NCBI RefSeq assembly: GCF_004010195.1
Contig: NC_057719.1
Coordinates: 5,589,258 to 5,653,257 of the forward strand
Reading direction: 5' to 3'
Source of the DNA: Chiloscyllium plagiosum
Lineage: Eukaryota
Length of the DNA stretch: 64,000 nt
Program-made: the position numbers and the translations under genes
Part shown: positions 63,565-64,000 of the stretch, in pieces
How positions within the stretch are numbered: the first letter of the stretch is position 1
Layout of the letters: each line of letters starts with the position of its first letter
Notes under the pieces: model-generated
What the model was told of the DNA's origin: nothing
Databases searched by the model: none
What the model saw: the letters and a program-made list of their open reading frames with translations, nothing else

Positions 63565-64000
63565 AAGAGTGGAGGAGAAAAAAAGAGAGAGGATAGACAG
63601 AAGGGCAGGAGCAAAGAGGAAATGTGGGGTAGAGAGATTGAGGAAATGGGGAGAGACCTGTGGCAGAAAGAGATTAAGGGAGAAGTCAAAGAAAGAAAGG
63701 AGGTCGGAAGGAAGGAAAGAGTGAGGGAGGGAGAAAGAGAGGAAAGGGAAAGAGAGAGATTAAACTGTGGGGAGAGAAAAATAGAAAGACAGATAGAGAG
63801 AGGAAAGGTGGGGAGTTTGAGACAAGTGGGGGTAAAGAAAAAAGGGGGGGTAAGAAACAATGTAGAAAGTGAGAGAGGGAGAGACAGGACATGAGGGGGT
63901 AGGTGAGAAAGGTGGGATAAAAGGGGGAATAAAAGAGAGAGTGGAGGGGTAAGGGGGAAAGAGGGGAACAAGATGAGGAGTGCAGGGGAGACAGGAAATC
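63565..64000 (+). repeat. Purine-rich (GA) low-complexity tract
   Basis: About 430 bp almost entirely G/A, running to the window end. Confidence 0.85.

Noticed and set aside
63537..63971. Leu/Ser/Pro-rich and Glu/Arg-rich ORFs
   Set aside because: They are by-products of a GA-rich low-complexity tract.

Overview
This is eukaryotic, repeat-rich vertebrate DNA, most likely from a shark: it carries an HE1-type SINE, DeuSINE/SacSINE-like elements and dense CR1 LINEs. The window lies inside one + strand protein-coding gene, RPS6KA5 (MSK1). Five GT-AG exons (7298-7405, 52376-52459, 56142-56245, 57016-57166, 61833-61994) splice in frame and encode the C-lobe of the N-terminal AGC kinase domain plus the start of the linker. 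A ~45 kb intron (7406-52375) is filled with CR1, Penelope-like (PLE), L1/Tx1, RTE and Rex1 fragments, SINEs, two Tigger/mariner-like MITEs and a probable solo LTR. Two structures stand out. First, there are many short PLE-derived fold-back insertions with 10-16 bp target-site duplications (TSDs), most carrying minimal hammerhead-ribozyme cores (CTGANGA...GAAA). Second, there is a head-to-tail array of tRNA-derived units at ~28.6-30.7 kb, in which one slot holds a decayed tRNA-Leu. Most ORFs in the supplied track are repeat fragments or antisense shadows. Exon, TSD and TIR coordinates were counted by hand; other repeat boundaries are approximate, and repeat family names come from motif recognition, not database searches.
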